A stretch of DNA of 45,054 nucleotides from Acidobacteriaceae bacterium. GTDB lineage: Bacteria > Acidobacteriota > Terriglobia > Terriglobales > Acidobacteriaceae. The position numbers were made by a program, and so were the translations under genes. Shown here in pieces: positions 45,054 through 45,054 of the stretch (its first letter is position 1; each line of letters starts with the position of its first letter). A model generated the notes under the pieces. That model worked only from the letters and a program-made list of their open reading frames with translations. It searched no databases and was not told the DNA's origin. Location of the stretch: NCBI GenBank assembly GCA_003140785.1, contig PLKY01000383.1, positions 43,465 to 88,518 of the forward strand, read 5' to 3'.

Positions 45054-45054
45054 A

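Overview
A GC-rich bacterial window, probably Acidobacteriaceae; this is inferred from gene content and intergenic repeat style. The left half (1-21.6 kb) is mostly housekeeping: a ferritin-VIT1 iron exporter, rhomboid protease, CocE/NonD hydrolase, hemY plus a SPASM radical SAM enzyme, YceH, an NmrA-like protein, the hopanoid cluster ispH-shc-hpnH-hyp, a GT-C/ArnT-like transferase, PrsW with a zinc-ribbon membrane protein, a frameshifted exported gene, DUF1330, a site-2 protease, HU, dcd and a LuxR pseudo-receiver. hemY and the radical SAM gene are each preceded by a near-identical GTGA-N6-TCAC (CRP/FNR-type) palindrome. The most interesting part is a ~20 kb locus (21.6-41.3 kb) that looks like an unusual surface-glycan system. 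It combines polyprenol-phosphate-sugar chemistry (GT2, Wzx-like flippase, GT-C) with a BcsC/PelB/PgaA-style TPR + beta-barrel exporter, a GT4, a GH71/GH99-like alpha-glycanase, a STAS protein and three nucleotide-handling domains (a Tmk-like kinase, a nucleotidyltransferase and a ParB/Srx-like domain fused to the flippase). No processive synthase or Wza/Wzc is seen in the window. The right end has a candidate structured RNA, a 75-aa gene, an isochorismatase-like protein, a DsbA-like protein and a 5'-truncated nadE joined abruptly to an inverted nuoM fragment, probably a chimeric junction. No rRNA, tRNA, CRISPR array or transposase was recognised. All family calls come from reading motifs by eye, not from database searches.
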